Origin: Polyangiales bacterium
GTDB taxonomy: Bacteria > Myxococcota_A > Polyangia > Polyangiales > Polyangiaceae
Direction: 5' to 3'
Assembly (NCBI GenBank): GCA_038230375.1
Contig: JBBRNJ010000006.1
Coordinates: forward strand, 96,001 to 160,000
DNA length: 64,000 bases
Of this stretch, positions 63,201-64,000 are shown one piece after another. The position numbers were made by a program, and so were the translations under genes. Each line of letters begins with the position of its first letter. Position 1 is the first letter of the stretch. The notes beneath the pieces were generated by a model. It made no database searches, was not told the DNA's origin, and saw nothing but the letters and a program-made list of their open reading frames with translations.

Positions 63201-64000
63201 GGACGACGCGAAATGGATCGCCATCGCGCGCGTGAGCTTCGATCAGAAGCTGCCCGGCACGAAGGAGATCGAAGGGCGCTTCGTTCTCGAGGTCCCGCAC
63301 GTCAGCTATCGCTACCTGGTGCGCGCAGGGCAGACCATCAGCGCCAAGTTCAAGAACCCTGCCCTCGTGCGCGTGGACGCTGCACTGGAGGCAGACGACT
63401 CTTCCGCAACGCTCGTGGTCCTGGCCGACGGCGCGGAGCTCGCGCTTGCGCCCGGCGAGTCCAAGGTGGTTGCTGTCCGCAATGGTCTGGTGCAGGTGAA
63501 GGGGAAGACCGGCCAGTCCACCGTGCAGATCTCGGAGCGCGTGCCGCTCGAGTCGGGCGACGGTGATGAAGCAAAGACCGAGGCGAAGACGGCGAAGAAC
63601 GCCCCGAAGCTCGCCAGCGTCGAGCTCGACGCGGGAGAGGGCACGTACAGGGACACCGTTCTGAAGTCCCCCTTGCCGCTCTCGCCGCTCGAGAGCAACC
63701 TGGGCACGCTCGCGATCGAGGAGGCGTACCAGTTCGGCAACCAGCGCGAAGGCCTGAATCCACCGCGAGACCTGGACTCCTATCTCGCCTCCATCATCGA
63801 GCTCCGACGAAGGATCGAGTCCATCAACCTCACGGGTACGCTGGGCGGCGTCGTGCGCCTCCGGGGCGGCTCGCCGACGGAGGGTGGCTACATCATTCTG
63901 TACGAGGACGAGGGTCACACCCGCCTCCGCGTCACCAGCACCACCCTGCTCTTCACGCAGCGCATCCAGAACGACCAGATCTTCTCGCTACGTCCGCGCG
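60235..64000 (+). CDS. Very large lipoprotein (>1255 aa, runs off the window), possible outer-membrane export component
   Basis: Not in ORF track. TAATG overlap at 60233-60237; MLLRRFAFMTVLALVAMGC lipobox; same frame still reads sensibly at the end (LKSPLPLSPLESNLGTLAIEEAYQFG...RIQNDQIFSLRPR). Confidence 0.85.
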   Translation, partial: MLLRRFAFMTVLALVAMGCGAQPNPRGAPFAAASFADFRRVELASGSSVSGDSVDILEVQPEQTFRLEVPGMATLKVGELVSNGATRAETWHDEPVKAGTIVVRAGVTTTQLLFVKGAVQYAWAADPFEPGYYWFDHENRVLDWSDGALPAPFPEVASPNRLDMDGFAKLDAALARAVKKGASKDAAAAIRRIAGLRAVRALRPVHGFPYATDQLVKVNGKGATWTVEERELRRVSPGEPAEIAVEGPGTLHVWARAQRDNVDEVAELLVLEGTKERGLGGGTVLRKRMTTYDDPGAESQGAASSLRRAIVHVPPGSHTYAVQSRYGSTFIFGILTNTIEHIETVISRSKSESKLIPRAKAACGGSGGDAPCAFAKALAGEDSDPKFDETLGKLDDDDKVVVAMLSKGGPRDPIANLELRASAGDPESLQQIAVALAKDIDENVRGAYERSVARGTTWTITEPEGPAWTVAKLDVKEPGKDGGKDGPTCNTKPEFADLAENEVPVATSVSHEKHVVSLVVEAACDDKRPITLAVDGTTIKFSPLRPSGILHIAVAGETAKVRVVDAAGAKVRAVLGATQPGCEIDVVSVRAPHVTSTSPVLVFDKEHAPGVEVWLKDGEAKGAIDVFKDGVKDGVMKTTHIVVGKPKGGLTALDPAGGRWIRSARVLLPDWAGEGSVKVTGSDKIAVRAIGREARVVGTPEQQAAKQAGPEPLSEPLLTEASRAILAAKSNEEKSAAYMARALMLAKGGAERAALEDAAAAEALGVANAVQTVKAQIKRKPIAAGRTVKNAFGVEPDFDPGAVRCTPSADSPRVKLAAMEQELTEKGRVAYDSEFALRAAELASQIPDDVRAEHLLARAMVRGRWKSRRDAEGGQRVPRPDEKGKAGVLDADMELRPRILAGAPFGQEDFASISADRPGKINLGHSGAVNAHVEFACVARAPAEVKGPCPFEVGIPGKQTLKSTVGADGKGMIDVPQLGKGAIELRMGQDDAKWIAIARVSFDQKLPGTKEIEGRFVLEVPHVSYRYLVRAGQTISAKFKNPALVRVDAALEADDSSATLVVLADGAELALAPGESKVVAVRNGLVQVKGKTGQSTVQISERVPLESGDGDEAKTEAKTAKNAPKLASVELDAGEGTYRDTVLKSPLPLSPLESNLGTLAIEEAYQFGNQREGLNPPRDLDSYLASIIELRRRIESINLTGTLGGVVRLRGGSPTEGGYIILYEDEGHTRLRVTSTTLLFTQRIQNDQIFSLRPR

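Noticed and set aside
60706..63918. 1070 aa minus-strand ORF
   Set aside because: Antisense shadow of the + strand lipoprotein starting at 60235, which has a lipobox, operon coupling and typical codon usage.

Overview
High-GC chromosomal segment. The gene content (FrzS-type pseudo-receiver/coiled-coil, eukaryote-like Ser/Thr kinases, FHA-sigma54 activator, ECF/anti-sigma/vWA lipoprotein cassette, many Cys-rich lipoproteins) points to a myxobacterium, probably Polyangiales-like (inference). I call 45 CDSs and one tRNA-Leu(TAG); no integrase, transposase or CRISPR array is evident. Highlights: (1) At the right end, a tightly coupled operon (54347 to beyond 64000) encodes a giant tandem PgsC/CapC-domain membrane protein, a membrane-anchored unknown protein, a lipoprotein with motifs of the poly-gamma-glutamate hydrolase (PghP-like) zinc fold, and a >1250 aa lipoprotein absent from the ORF track. 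It lies next to a DegT aminotransferase and two GT-C-like genes and is the best candidate for an undescribed poly-amino-acid/exopolymer synthesis-export system. (2) A stripped-down chemosensory cluster whose two-Hpt CheA runs in frame into a RimI-type acetyltransferase. (3) A 26-bp tandem repeat array abutting a 145-bp hairpin element with perfect 25-bp terminal inverted repeats. (4) A DHH-type phosphoesterase with permuted motif order. (5) Many genes with a TANNNT box 5-8 nt before the start codon, suggesting leaderless mRNAs. All family assignments come from motif recognition by eye, not database searches.
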